Shown here one piece after another: positions 1 to 12,239 of a stretch of DNA of 64,000 nt; the stretch's first letter is position 1, and each line of letters opens with the position of its first letter. Below the pieces are notes generated by a model. That model did not search any database. It was given only the letters and a program-made list of their open reading frames with translations, and had not been told where the DNA came from. This DNA is from Chrysomallon squamiferum (taxonomy: Eukaryota > Animalia > Mollusca). Position numbers and translations under genes: made by a program. Location: the NCBI GenBank assembly GCA_012295275.1, contig CM022671.1:15500001-15564000 (forward strand). The letters are read 5' to 3'.

Positions 1-574
1 ATACTAAAATTCTTAATTCCATGCAAGAATGGAAAATGAAAAACATCCTTTGTACTGTTTATTCTTGAATCCTTATCAGAAGACATGGCTACGTAAATCA
101 CATTTGAAATATAAATACTTTTAACACTAGCTTTTGTTTACAGTTATACTGTCAAATAAATACTTGCAACACATAAATGATTTCTATTGTCATCCAAACA
201 CTTGAAACTCTCGTTTTTGTTTACAATTATACTGTCATACAAATATTTGTAACATTTGTTCTTTCCTCATCCATATTTTGTCTGAACTATTTACAATATT
301 ACATTAACGTGACAGACCTGGCTTAAACATAAGCTGCAGTCGAGACCTTCCTATCTAATTTTTGATAATTTATTTCATTTTGTTTGAATCCCGGTTCACT
401 CTTACATCACATTTAAACACATTTTATTGCCTGCTGCCCTTCTGAAAGTAGTTACTTGTATATGAAACTTGCAACATGAAAAACATCATGATCTGTCTGG
501 CAGTAGCTGGTTGGTGAAATAGATTCCAAACACTTTTACTGGAAGGATCGTTATTAGCCTTTAGTCAGCTCCTG

Positions 575-958
575 TCACCTTCTTACTTTGTCAGCTTCAA
601 ATGCTTCATGTGTTTCAAACGCTGAAAAATAAAATCACAACAATTTAAAATAATATGCATGAATTTTATGTGTATATATATGAATATAAACTACAGCTTA
701 ATGTACTAAATAATGTCACTTTTAAACATACTCACTTTTAGATAAAATTAGAAAATTAGATTGTTTTAAGTCATGTTTTCATTATGGTTAAACTGCTAAA
801 ATGAGATGAAAATTCATATAACCATTAGTTTGTATAATATTTAAAATTGTATTAACAAGAGCAAACACTACTCATAAATTACATCTAGAGCAGATTTTAC
901 ACAATTTTTTTCCACATGGACAATTTGAATATTAAGGATAAATTTTTGACATGCAAAA

Positions 959-1001
<43 letters not shown>

Positions 1002-2569
1002 AAATAAATAAAATTTGAATTGTTTTATGAAGTATGTTACTATATGAGCATGTAATTGAACAACATGTTCTAAATGTATTAATCTAACAAGCTAGTGCTG
1101 CTTCATAGCAATCCAAAAGGGGGAATGAGGTGAGCCATTGTCAAAAAGAGGTAGGGAGCCAATGCTGTAGAGTCTTGGAACATTTTATTTTCATAAACAA
1201 TCAAATCAAAGTATGTTTATCTCCTAACTTAAATGTGTATCTCAATGATATTGCATGTATTAGATCTGACTTTTAAAAAAAAAAAGCAATTGTAAAGTAT
1301 TCCCTATTTAGACTATTTTATACAGGTTTCTTTACCTTTGTAAAATATTGTTGGAAAGGTTACTTTTGGTAGAAGATCTTTGACTTTGGAAATGACTGTT
1401 GATTTGTCTGCAAGATTCGAGTCAATGTTCCATATCTGAACAATGTCATCACGATCTCTGATACTCACACTGATTCCTCCAACTTCATCACCTGCAACAA
1501 AACGATAAAATTATTTCTATCAATAGTCTTAGTTTTAGAAAGTAATCAATTAAATAAAATAATTACAAATAATTCATATATAGTAGAGTGAAAAAATAAA
1601 TAATACATAATACACAATATATTTAATTATATTCGTTATTGTTGCCTGTCCCAAAATTCTAAAATTATATTGTCATATACTACTTTTAGAAACACACACA
1701 CACACACACACACACATACATATATACAGACACACCAGAAGAATAGAAACACAAGTAAAATATACCCTCTGCCATGCACTCTGAAAGTTGTTCACCTATA
1801 GCTGCTAGAAGTAGTTCTTTCCAAACCTCTGGCTAAAAGAAAAATTCATAATCACTTACCCATATATATTTATGGTACAGGAAATAGGTATTATCAGGAA
1901 CTATGTATAATTCCTGAATATTTCAGAAAATATGTGTTCAAAAGTCCAATTGGTTTATACTGTTATGTCCTCAGCAACAAACAAGCATGTCCTTAATAGC
2001 CCAATTTGGTATTTCTATCAACCAATAACTTTGTGTATGTTTAGGTTTCCCTTGGACCATCACAAACTCTGGCCATATTACTTTCAGTTCAGTGATTACA
2101 CTTTTTCTGACATTTTCAGGAAGTATGAAATAACATATACATGTATCTGTTGTGTACTATACCAAACAAATTTTAATTACAAGATTATACTTGAATGAAA
2201 ACAACAAAAATATGAAAAATGCAAATTATATATTTTATTTGTACAATACAAAACAAATTTTAATTTCAAGATTACTCTCCAAGTTAAATGAAACCAACTA
2301 AAATATAAAAGTTGCATTTGCACATATATGTATTTGATAACATGATTGCTAAACACATCGTAAAAAAAAAAATAATAAAATAACAGTTACTAAAAACGAA
2401 AGAAAGTTTAACTATTAAAAAATACAGAATTTCTAAATAATAATAACAATAATAATACTGAACTGACCGTGTCGTGTTTATGAACTTTGAGACGCCAGTA
2501 CCCTCCACGACAGTTTGATTCATCTTCCCTAAAATCAATTAAATATTACAAGAATTAAATTTGACAGTT

Positions 2570-2606
<37 letters not shown>

Positions 2607-3126
2607 GCAAATAAATATATATTAAAAAATACCAATGTTTCTTTCACAAACATTTTATTATTGAGTAACTGAAAGACACAAGAATTACTGCTTACAGACT
2701 GTCAATTAAATGTCAATATTTTACAGTACACAGTATATATTAATTATTACAAACATGTCTGACAGCGATGGTGTATACTGGTATGAGTTTCTTACCACAC
2801 AGGTCTGCGTTCATGTCTCATCAGATGGTAACTGTAACGAGTACACATACTACTTGGATCTGGTATATTGTTGTAAACACTCCAAAAGCTCTAAAAGAAG
2901 ACAATCAAAATACACATAAATATATGATGTAAAAACGACTTTGAAAAGCATCAAGTGACTGACAAACTTAGAAGATTCACACTCCATGTCACAGTATTAT
3001 TGAAATTTAATTTTCTCTTCTATAAAAGTAAAACAAACCAGATTCTTTGCTAACATAACAAAAATGAAAAAGTTCAAATTTTCTGACTCTGTTAAAAAGA
3101 GTATTAGAAAAAGTTTTGTGACAAAC

Positions 3127-3178
<52 letters not shown>

Positions 3179-4920
3179 TATGGAAGTCTGCCAAAGAATT
3201 GAATAACATATAGGGCATTAGAATTTTAGTTTTTTGCAATTAATTAATTAAAATAATTATAAATAATTATTTATTTAGTACCTGTCCAAAATAAATAATG
3301 TATACTATGCAATAAACATTTAATTTCATTGAACACATTTAAAAGCAGTAAGTGACAATGATTTAATATATCACATCTGTTTTATATAAATAATATAGTT
3401 TAGCATAACAAATAGTGTCAATTTTAAGCACAAACATATCTTTAGAAGAAACAGAAAATTATGTTTTTATACAATAATGAACTATTTAGTAACAGTTGAT
3501 GCACTGTTTGAACTGCAGTTCTGGTAGACTAAGTCCTGTCATATTTAAACAATTAAACTTTAACAATGAATTAAAACATCCCACATGAGAGAATTACTTA
3601 ATTATCTACTTACTATTTATTCCATTCTATTATGGAAAACCCATTTACAATATATCTGCCAAATGTGGCCAAATAACAAAGACAAGAAGAATAAAAAGAA
3701 ATTCAACCTAAAAATCTTTTGTACAGTAACAATTAATATGAATGACAATTAAGCAATTAAACATTAATAATACCATTAAAACATCCAACAGATTGAATCA
3801 CTTTAATTATCTATTTTGCTATTTATTCCATTTTAGTACAGAAAATCTTCAATAATGCTGCCAACTTTGCTGAGAGAGGAAGAATAAAAACAAATTCCAA
3901 CCTACAAACCCTTGTAAATTAACACAATGCCCTGTAGTTTAACAAATTCATTAACGCATGATATATTAAAAATAATTAAATTTTTTCAGTGTTCAGAAAT
4001 TTATTATTCTTTGGCTTTATAAGAAAAAATTTTAAATAAAAAATTGATAAAAAAAATAAAATAATAATAATATAATAAAAAATTTTTTTTTTTTTTTTAA
4101 ATAAACAATTTCATAAACTTTTGCTATTAATAATTAAGGTAGGAGATACATAATTGAACAACGAGTAAAATTAAAATGTGTTAACTTAAATAATGATTCA
4201 GTTTTCAAATTGACATATGTACCTGTACAGTATTTACTGTGTAGAGCTTTCTCAGAGAAGCTTCATACTGTGCTGCAGACGATCCTCGTAATGTCCTTTG
4301 AAAACAGTTAAATAAATATAAAATAAATATTACAAACATGTATTTTTCGATATAAATACTTCGAATTATCCCTTTATTAGAAAAATGAAACAGACGTTTC
4401 AGAGAATGTAATACATTATGTTACAGTCTTTACTAATAAATTTTGTCATTAACTTAATAATTACATACTAATGTAATTATCAGACTACGTGATTATGCAT
4501 TTTCGATATTAGATCTAGTGTTACATGTACTGTGTACAAAATAAATAAGTAGTTATTTCAGTTATACTTGTAAATTGTACTAAAAAATGTCTTTGTTTTA
4601 AATGAAACGACTATTATCACTATATTATTATTATTATTGTTATTATTATTTAACAATCAGACTGACTCAGTGAAAATACAAGAAAAACATAGTTGTAATG
4701 ATTATTTTACTTTATTTATTATTACGATCGTTAGAAAGAAAAAAGATTAATTTCATAATAGTTCTTACTTGTCAAGCCAAAATGTCCATGGCGTTTGTAA
4801 AGGTACACCAGTGTCATCTGATTTATCTAATTTACCGATGGCACGTCTGACCATTTCAGGACTGGACAAATTACCGCTTTCCGATGCTTCGCTCTCATTG
4901 TCAACATTGAAGGAAGCCAT
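575..4920 (-). CDS. EIF4E3: Eukaryotic translation initiation factor 4E type 3 (class III cap-binding protein), 7 coding exons
   Basis: Exons (minus): 4769-4920, 4223-4295, 2796-2890, 2468-2528, 1766-1832, 1336-1491, 575-621. All are GT-AG with consistent phases. Translation: MASFNV...[48 protein letters not shown]...[65 protein letters not shown]...[19 protein letters not shown]. This is colinear with eIF4E3, including Tyr in place of the first cap-stacking Trp, as is typical of class III. Confidence 0.95.
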
Positions 4921-5626
4921 TTTAACCACCTGACTGAATTTGCATTATCAAGGAATGACGTCAGGAGTCAATTTTGCCTAACCTACATTTTCAGTCGAAG
5001 TAACTATACGTGATCGCTAAAACGGAACCGCTAAAAAAGGACCACTGTTATTGGCATAATCCGGATGCAATTAGTTATTTTTAAATATCAATAGTTTGTT
5101 TAAAACGAATCATGTAGTGTGAAATATAATTATAAAGACTATACAGATAAATATGAGTTGAAACATGCATTTCCAGAGTGATGGACTGTTCTTTTACTTA
5201 TTTATTTATTTATTATTATTTTTTAAAAAATAGAATAAAAAGTATTTTGGGACACATTAAATAACAACAACAAGAATAATAATCATTATTGATTTATTTA
5301 TTAGGACAGCTTTGTTTATTTTCTTAACAGTAATTTTTTATCATCTTAGATACTATATATAAAGTATTTCTGATGGGCACACAAAACGATTCAAACTATC
5401 AATTTATTGTGTTTATTTTGTTTGAATAGTTTGAAATTAATTTTATTAAGCGAAGTTTGACAAAGTTACACAGAAATTAATTATTATAATCGGATAGAAT
5501 GTGAAATATACAAAATATATTTAAGCTCTGATGAGATTTTATAGATACATAGACATTTATATCTTGCTGTTCTGGCTGTGTGAGTATATGTATGTAGTAG
5601 TCTTTCTTTGTTTTTCTTCTTTATCC

Positions 5627-5687
<61 letters not shown>

Positions 5688-5756
5688 TACGGTGGTGTAT
5701 AATTTCATTTTCTCTCAAACAAGCCTTCCGTGTTTCAGCTTCCGAATTAACATTAG
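4921..5756. promoter_or_regulatory. Probable bidirectional promoter region between head-to-head EIF4E3 and SMIM30
   Basis: Divergent starts lie under 1 kb apart. TGACGTCA occurs at ~4956 and CGGAA/CCGGAT ETS-like motifs at ~5020-5065. A putative SMIM30 non-coding exon ends at 5756 (AG|GTTAGT), followed by a 70-nt intron ending TTACAG at 5826. Function is inferred. Confidence 0.5.
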
Positions 5757-5831
5757 GTTAGTCAACGGAAGTATGTTTTAGTTCTTTGTCACATGATCTG
5801 CTGACGGTCACATGCTTTAATTACAGACAAG

Positions 5832-6009
5832 ATGGAGGTAGTGAGTAGTTTCGAATTTGTCATTTTTATAATGGCTTTATTCATCCCTGGTGCTTCGGGC
5901 TTTCGATGCTGGTGATGCGATAGCTCTTATTCTTGGACTTGTAATCGGAATCCTTGGTATTTGTGCATGTCTCGGATTCTACGCCAGAAAGAGGGCCTCT
6001 TCTGCTTGA
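5832..6009 (+). CDS. SMIM30: Small integral membrane protein 30 (microprotein), interrupted by a +1 frameshift at ~5901 in this sequence
   Basis: ATG 5832 reads MEVVSSFEFVIFIMALFIPGASGF (signal-peptide-like), then RCW* at 5913-5915. The +1 frame from 5902 reads FDAGDAIALILGLVIGILGICACLGFYARKRASSA* (stop 6007-6009), matching the SMIM30 signature AGDAIAL..G......GICACLG.YARKR. The +1 frame has no ATG of its own (TAA at 5869). Confidence 0.88.
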
Positions 6010-8019
6010 CGTGTTTTAGCGAAGAGAGTCGAGATTAATTTAATAACTTGAAAATCATGACAATTTTATACTGTTTACTGTCAAAATCCGAGGATTCTGC
6101 AAAACAAGCGATAATCATATAAAAAGAACATTTGTTCATTCGTCATCGTTTCAGTTCATGTATAACTGTGTAATGGAATGTGATCAACTTCTTATTTTCA
6201 AGTTCACTTCTTGGAGAGAGAGAGAACAAAAAAATCTAATCCTAACCATAATGCAAATGTAAATAACAGAATAACTGCATGCTTATATATATTTTCAAAG
6301 ATATCCAGCAAATGAAGAAGTATCCTGCAACAGCAGCAACAAAAACATTCAATGTAACGCCAACACCTTCAAAGAAATTGAGAAAACCTGATTTGTCTTC
6401 CTGGTTTTAAATCTAACAAATTTATATATATTATTATATATATATTTATTCTTTTTCTCTGCCTCTTAGATAGCAAGATGACATTTAATTACATTTATTA
6501 AAATTATTTCTGAAGTCTGTATGTTGTAAACTGTATTCTAAAATGATTACAAAATGATTACTTTGTCTTGTATTTTGTTTTAACATTTTATTTATTTACA
6601 GCTTAATAAATTTTTTTTTTTTTTAAATTAGTCATTTTGGAAATGATTGGCAAATTAATGCCACTTTTAAATAACTTAAAAGTAGTAGAAATAAATATTT
6701 CTACAAGGAAGATATTCACAATGAAAACTGAAATTATTTATCCCTGATTTTGCAAAATCCAACACAGAAGAAAAAGAAAGAAAAAAATGCAGAAAATAAT
6801 AATTTTGACATTGTAGTTTTACTACTGTTGCTATAAAATTGCTTTACGTTATTTATAAATATTATGTTTTAATTTTCAGAATAATGTATTTACAGTTAAA
6901 TTTTAGAATAAAATTATATTTAATTATTTTGTTTTTACCCATTATGTTCCTTGATATAACAACCTTAATATTAAAAAGAAAAAAAGAAACTGAAAAAAAA
7001 AAAAAAAAAATAATGTTAAATTAAAACTCACTTTTAAAAGATATATTTAATATTTTATCAACTGCAAAAATTTCTCTTGTACTCTGAATATTAGACACAC
7101 TGAACTAGAAATATAAATATATTTTCTGAAACTGTATATATTTGATTTTGAATGATTAAAACTTGCTTAAAACAGAAATATTTGTTAAATCTATTTTTTT
7201 ACAATGTTATGTCTGTGCACTTGAATCGGAACTAACACAGTAAGACAAAAGTCTAGTCAGAAATAAACTTTGACTGATCTGCAACATACTGGAAATTGAA
7301 CCATGTGTGATGCTGGTTACTTTTAATTATTCACAGAATTGTGGACATGTAATGGTAAAGAAAAGTGGCCATTGTGAACCATTTTCCAAAATATATTGAT
7401 ACAAATGGATTTTTGTTGCTTGCAGTATTATATTTATATAAGAAAGTGGTAGCAGGTCTGTATTGATATAAAGTTTGGACTAGTCTAAAGGGAATATTAA
7501 ATATTTATTCAATAAATAATATTGATATGATTATATGCAATAACATTCGCTATATATCATTTATCCTGCTAGGAAATACCATACATTTCTGTTGTTTTTA
7601 AAATCATGATTCACATTGGATAGACATTACAAATTCCTTTAGACCAGGGCTTATGAATACAGGCCTGCATTTCACAGAATTACAATTACCTTCCTTCATT
7701 TCTTTCAAACAATTTAAGCTAACAGTTGATTTCTGTCTGCATTTCATTGCATTTATTATTAATGAACACACAAAATTACCTATGGGTGTTTGAAATAAGT
7801 TCTTACAACAAAATAAGTAACTGACCCATTGTTACTGCAGTGCTTCATTTTAATTGTATTTATTTATTTTAAGGTACAAGGGATAGAATTAATATTCATT
7901 GTTTGTTTTCTTTTATTAAACCTTTATATCACCTGAGTGTGTTAGCCTTGTTTTTTTTGTTTTGTTAATCTGGTGTTAATATCAATGATATATGAAGTTC
8001 CAACAACTGTTTATTTTCT

Positions 8020-8050
<31 letters not shown>

Positions 8051-9655
8051 AAAACAGTTGACATCATTCTGTTGTGAAGAATGGAAATAAATATTCATTC
8101 TGACATTCATATATAAATCACAAAACACAATAAAATTTGGTTACTTCTTTATTATTAATAAAGTAAGGAAGAGTATATATTTATATTCTACATTATGATA
8201 GTTATAATGCTAATGCTGCAGTATTTGCTGAAATTAAACTGAAATAAAACATTTTCTGTACAAATCAATGCAGTTGACAATTATTTTTTGAGTATCATCA
8301 TTAAGTGAAAATAAATTGAAAATTTAAAAAAAAATTTGTTGACCCTGCAACATCAAAAATGTAAGCTTCAATAAAAAAATTAACTTTTAAATGGTTTATT
8401 AGAAGACTTTGAAAAAGAAGCAATTCAGTTGTTATTCCACAATAAAATGTGTCTACAGAAGCTGTTTACAAAATTGACAACAAAAGCAATGAAAATACTG
8501 CATTAATCACAATATGTTTACATTTACACACTGCTCATGTGATTTAATAATATGAAAACTTATTTAAATTAGTGTTTCTTGAAAATAAACTGATTTGAAG
8601 CAAATTTAAAATGAAGATATAAATATACATAAACCTTTTTAAAAAAAAAAAAAAATTAAATTTAATTTTTTTAAATTTAAGAAAAAAAGAGTTACTTTTC
8701 TAATAAAAAGTGGTACATGTATTATGAATAAATTCACTCCAAAACCCCAAAACATTTGGTTAGTAAAGTCAACAAGTACATTGGTATATTCTTTTATCGA
8801 GTAATTCTAAAATTTAAAAAAATAATAAAAAAATAAACAACAAAGAAATCTTGTATCAACCAAAATAATATTAATTCATTTAATATTTTTATTTTCATTT
8901 TTGAAAAAAATGTATTTACATTTGAACATTTTTCTAAATATTTGAATTAAAGTATTATCATCCAAAACAAATTATTTAGAATGGATTGTTTATTTCAACA
9001 ATTTTATTTTTTTATTTTTTCTCTTTTAATCATATGTAAACTGACTGATTTGATTGCTCATGGTAGACATACCACATCCCTCTTTGAGAAATGTTTTGTA
9101 ATAAAACAAATGCTATTTTTTGTGGGGCAGATAACAGAAAAAAACTACCCATATTAGTCCCATCGTAATAACTTCTAATTTAAGAAGATAGTTTAAAACG
9201 TTATTAATTAATTAAAGAAAGATTCTGTTTTTGATTTTTGTTTTAAAGATATTTTATATATATATGCTGGATTTAAGAGCCGAGAAAAACGTGCAATTAT
9301 AGAAAATAAATCTAATAAATTTGACAAAGGTTAGCAGATAACATATCTGACTCTGTAATGGCACAGAAACGGGACGTAAATCGGAAACTGAAAAAACAGG
9401 GGACACCACCTCTCATTCCCATCAATGACAGAAATGAAAACAAGAAAAGTTAACGAAACTCAGGATCTGTTGTACATGTCTGCTCATAGAAAAAAGTGTG
9501 TAAATGTTAGAAATAATAATAATGAATTTTTTTTTTTTTTTTTTAAATTATATAAAAGCAGACTGAAGAATAAATATTTTAAAAGTGTGTGTATGATTTA
9601 TTTTTGTGTTTATTTTTTTTTTATCAGTGGTGTAGATTCTTCTGTTTTGTAATTA

Positions 9656-9688
<33 letters not shown>

Positions 9689-11009
9689 TATTTATTTATT
9701 TTTTAAATTGCTCTGATCATGTTATTGGTTCATATATAGTTATTACCAAAAACATTTAATAGAACTCGAACATGCAATTTCCAGATACATAGATAAAATA
9801 CCAACACATCTAATCACATATATGTATATATGTTTTTTTTTTTTTTTTTTTTTTTTTTTTTGTAAATTGAATTTAAGAGAAAACTATATTTTTAGTCTAG
9901 AAATATATAGTAATATGGAAACTAAAAATGATTATCTTGTTCAACCAAACGTAACAGTCATTACTGGTAACAAAACAAGTGGTAAACTTTTAAAACTTTT
10001 ATATCTTATTAAAATAGAAAATAACATTACAATATTTAAATGACATACAAAATAAGGTTAAGTTAATCTACGTAGATGTATTAAAATTGGCAAAATGCAA
10101 AAGAAAACAAAACCCACACAAAGCTCAAACTACGCACTGATCAACAAACCAATATTTGAGTATATAAAAAAATTATAATAATAAATAAATTAAATTAAAA
10201 TATCTGTTTAAAAATAAATAAGAAAATAATTTTTGTAATCTTGTAGATTAGAACTACATCTTCTTAATAAAAGTTTTACTGAATATTTTGTTGCACGTGG
10301 CAAAATAAAAAATGTGTCAATTCGATTACTTTCCCCTTCCCACAGTAAGTAACTGCCTGCAAAGCTTTTAAAATGAATTTTGAACTTTTTAATTTATTTA
10401 TTTATTTATTTTTGTGATAAAACAAGGTCATTCGCATGGCCGTTCGTATTTACGTTTGTATAAGGCGTGTCACTGTGGTATTTCTACATTACTTTAATGG
10501 TTTTATTGGGATTTTATAAAAAGACCCCGTAGACTAATAAAATACCATAAGGAGAGAAAATTATTCAGTTTGCTAAGCCACTGTGAGATTAATCAATTTT
10601 ATACTACCATTTTGTAACAGGATAACAAATAATAGCGAAAAAAAAAAAATAATAATAATAATAAAAAAAGAACAATTATAAAAAAATAAAAATAAAAAAT
10701 AAAAAATTTCTTTCGAAAAGTCATAGATTTAAACTACAAGATTACCACAGATTATTAACATATATCTGCATTAGTAACACATCGTGATAAATGTTAAGTT
10801 TTCGACCTGAAATCAACTCTACCATAGATTATAAATTATTCAAAACGTTTTTAAACTGTTAGTGTTACAATAATGTAAAATTTCACGATCGTGGTTCACC
10901 TAATATGCAATTAAACGGTTGATTATATATTTAAATTTAACACTAAATAGACATTTTTCTAATAAATTAATATAAAAATAAGAACACGCGAGAACTGGAT
11001 AGACACACA

Positions 11010-12151
11010 TTACAGAATGGTGCAGCAAAGCATGCCGGGAGCGGTATCCTTAACTTTGCTTTCTTTAATAAGAGGCGAATTTTCCGTTTTCGTGGCAGTT
11101 TCTGAAATCACTGGTGTTTTATCATCCAGCTCTGCTGAAGTCTCAGTCGGTTTTCCTTCTTCATCTTTCATTCCTTCTTCATCTTTCGTGTGTTCTTCAT
11201 TTTCCTTTTTTTCTTCGTCCTGTTTTTTGCCTTCATCCTTAATAATAATAATAATAATAATAATACAAATAAATAATTAAATATTAATAGCAAAATTATT
11301 TTTTTAATATAAAATAAACACTAGAAGACTACTTGTATGAGTAGCTATAGATTTAATCTTTGTAAAAATGTGTGAGTTCTACGAAGTAGGATTTTTACCT
11401 GTTTTTAAAATGGTTTTTGATTTTAAGAAAAAGGACAATATAAAATAAATAAATACATTTTTATTTCATATTTAATGATATTTCTATTAAAATGAAAACC
11501 GATAACAAGTAGGACATTTTCAGAAATTACTGTTGTTGTAAAAGCAGATACAGTTAGATAACTAAGTACAGATTATTATTATTTTTTGTACCCAATGGCT
11601 AAACGTTTTGTGCCGAAAAAGAAATATATAGTAAACAATTTTTTTTGAAAACGCTAATAAAATTTAAAAAAAAAAAACAAAAAAAAAAAAAAAATTAAAA
11701 TAGAAATTGCATTTTGTAATGTTTATGTTGTCAAGCCTGAATACGAATATAAATATCATTATTTAGAAATCATAAAAGCACGAAACAAAGCTGGAGAAGG
11801 AAAACATTTTCTGAAACAGCTGACTAAAGAAATTACAACAGGCTTAACTTAAAAAGAAGAAGAAGAAGAAGAAAGAACAGAAAGAAAAAAAATCTCCATT
11901 CATATCTTTTCCACAGCGATTCAGTTCATTAAACGATGTGCGTCATTATAAATAAAAAAAATTAACAAGTACGCAAGTTAAAAATTAGATTTAAAAATAT
12001 TCATATCTTCATGCAGTGTTAGGTTTTAATTCACTGAGATTCAAAGTCAAGTTTCATAATTTCGAATATAGCACAAATGCGTAAATAATTCTTTAGAATG
12101 TACAATAGCCGATTAAAAATATAAGCTTTTCTAAAATGAATGGAAAAACGG

Positions 12152-12239
<88 letters not shown>

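Noticed and set aside
3550-3925. Degenerate ~200-bp tandem duplication in an EIF4E3 intron (similar short duplications at ~130-255, ~2160-2280, ~45970-46100 and ~48890-49330)
   Set aside because: Ordinary decayed local duplications that include no splice sites or recognisable RNA motifs.
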